Positions 63,094 to 64,000 of a DNA stretch of 64,000 nt are shown here, in pieces (the stretch's first letter is position 1; each line of letters begins with the position of its first letter). The stretch is taken from NCBI GenBank assembly GCA_964016885.1, contig OZ024755.1, forward strand, positions 21,700,001 to 21,764,000, in the 5' to 3' direction. The DNA comes from Eledone cirrhosa. Taxonomy: Eukaryota. The position numbers and the translations under genes were made by a program. Below the pieces are notes generated by a model. That model searched no databases and was not told the origin of the DNA. It saw only the letters and a program-made list of their open reading frames with translations.

Positions 63094-64000
63094 GAGTACG
63101 GAGTAGGCAGACCCAGAAAAACCTGGGACGATTTGATAAATTCCGACCTTACACACTTACACCTCTCTAAGACAATGTCACTGGACCAAGATCTTTGGCG
63201 CTACACAGTAATACAGAAGACTCGCCTTGCCTAAGTACAAAGCAAAACCTACAGTCAGTAGGCACCTCTTAACCAAATATACACATCCCTCCCACTACCC
63301 CAACTCCCCCATCAACACCACCTTTTCTCTGTAAAGTTATGTTGGTACCACAACATCCAGTCCAAAATAATTGTTTCTACTTTTGGCACAAGGTCAGCAA
63401 TTAGCCAGTACATTACTGGTACTTTATTTTATCGACCCCCGTAAGGATGAAAGGCAAAGTTAACAACATCTAGTCCAAAATAATGAGGTTGTGTATGTCT
63501 CACGACAAAAAAACACAGTCCCCGCTGTAATGTGGCCGTGTAGGTAACACGGTAAAAACCTCCCAGTCCACACTGTAAACGTGGTTAGTGTTAGGAAGGG
63601 CATCCAACCGTAGAAAACCTGCCAGACAGCCCTATACGAGCGAGACGACCAATCTTGCCTCAAGTGGGACAATTCCCATCTAAACCCATGCTAGCTTGGA
63701 AGATAGACGTTAAGCAGTGATGATGATGATGATATATACATATATAGGCATAAGAGGAATCAGATGCAGTGTGCAGGAGAGGAGATTGCATTGGTATGGA
63801 TAGCAGCTGTATAAAAAAGTGCAGAGCGCTCAAAGTTGTGGAGTGGGGAGACCCAGGAAGACTTGGGATGAGAGGATAGAAGCTGACTTTGCCCATTGCA
63901 CCTCTCTAAGGTGATGACACAGGACAGGGATCTCAGGCGTTTCGCAGTAATACAGAAGACCATGGGCACAGTCTGAAGATGAGGCATATGTATAATATGC

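Noticed and set aside
53176-64000. Additional host gene in the last 11 kb
   Set aside because: I found no exon chain or recognisable protein motif, only repeats. Small exons or lncRNAs cannot be excluded by eye.

Overview
AT-rich, repeat-dense metazoan genomic DNA, probably from a coleoid cephalopod (octopod-like). That assignment is inferred from the SINE/LINE complement and from a mollusc-type 18S guide sequence. There are three spliced protein-coding genes: the last two exons of rps12 (+), with four tandem SNORD100-like C/D snoRNA copies in the preceding intron; a complete importin-13 gene (-, 28 coding exons reconstructed by hand, 954 aa) ending tail-to-tail with rps12; and a 4-exon FAM151/menorin-family gene (+, 542 aa) that lacks two family-conserved histidines. 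Introns and intergenic DNA contain RTE, CR1-type and CRE-type LINE fragments, tRNA-derived SINEs, piggyBac/hAT/Tc1-mariner/pogo MITEs and minisatellites. The most notable unannotated signal is a set of type I hammerhead ribozyme motifs of the Penelope/retrozyme kind. They include a U3-A8 core variant inside a ~626-bp foldback element and a three-copy family with stem-II covariation. All calls were made by eye, and repeat boundaries are approximate.
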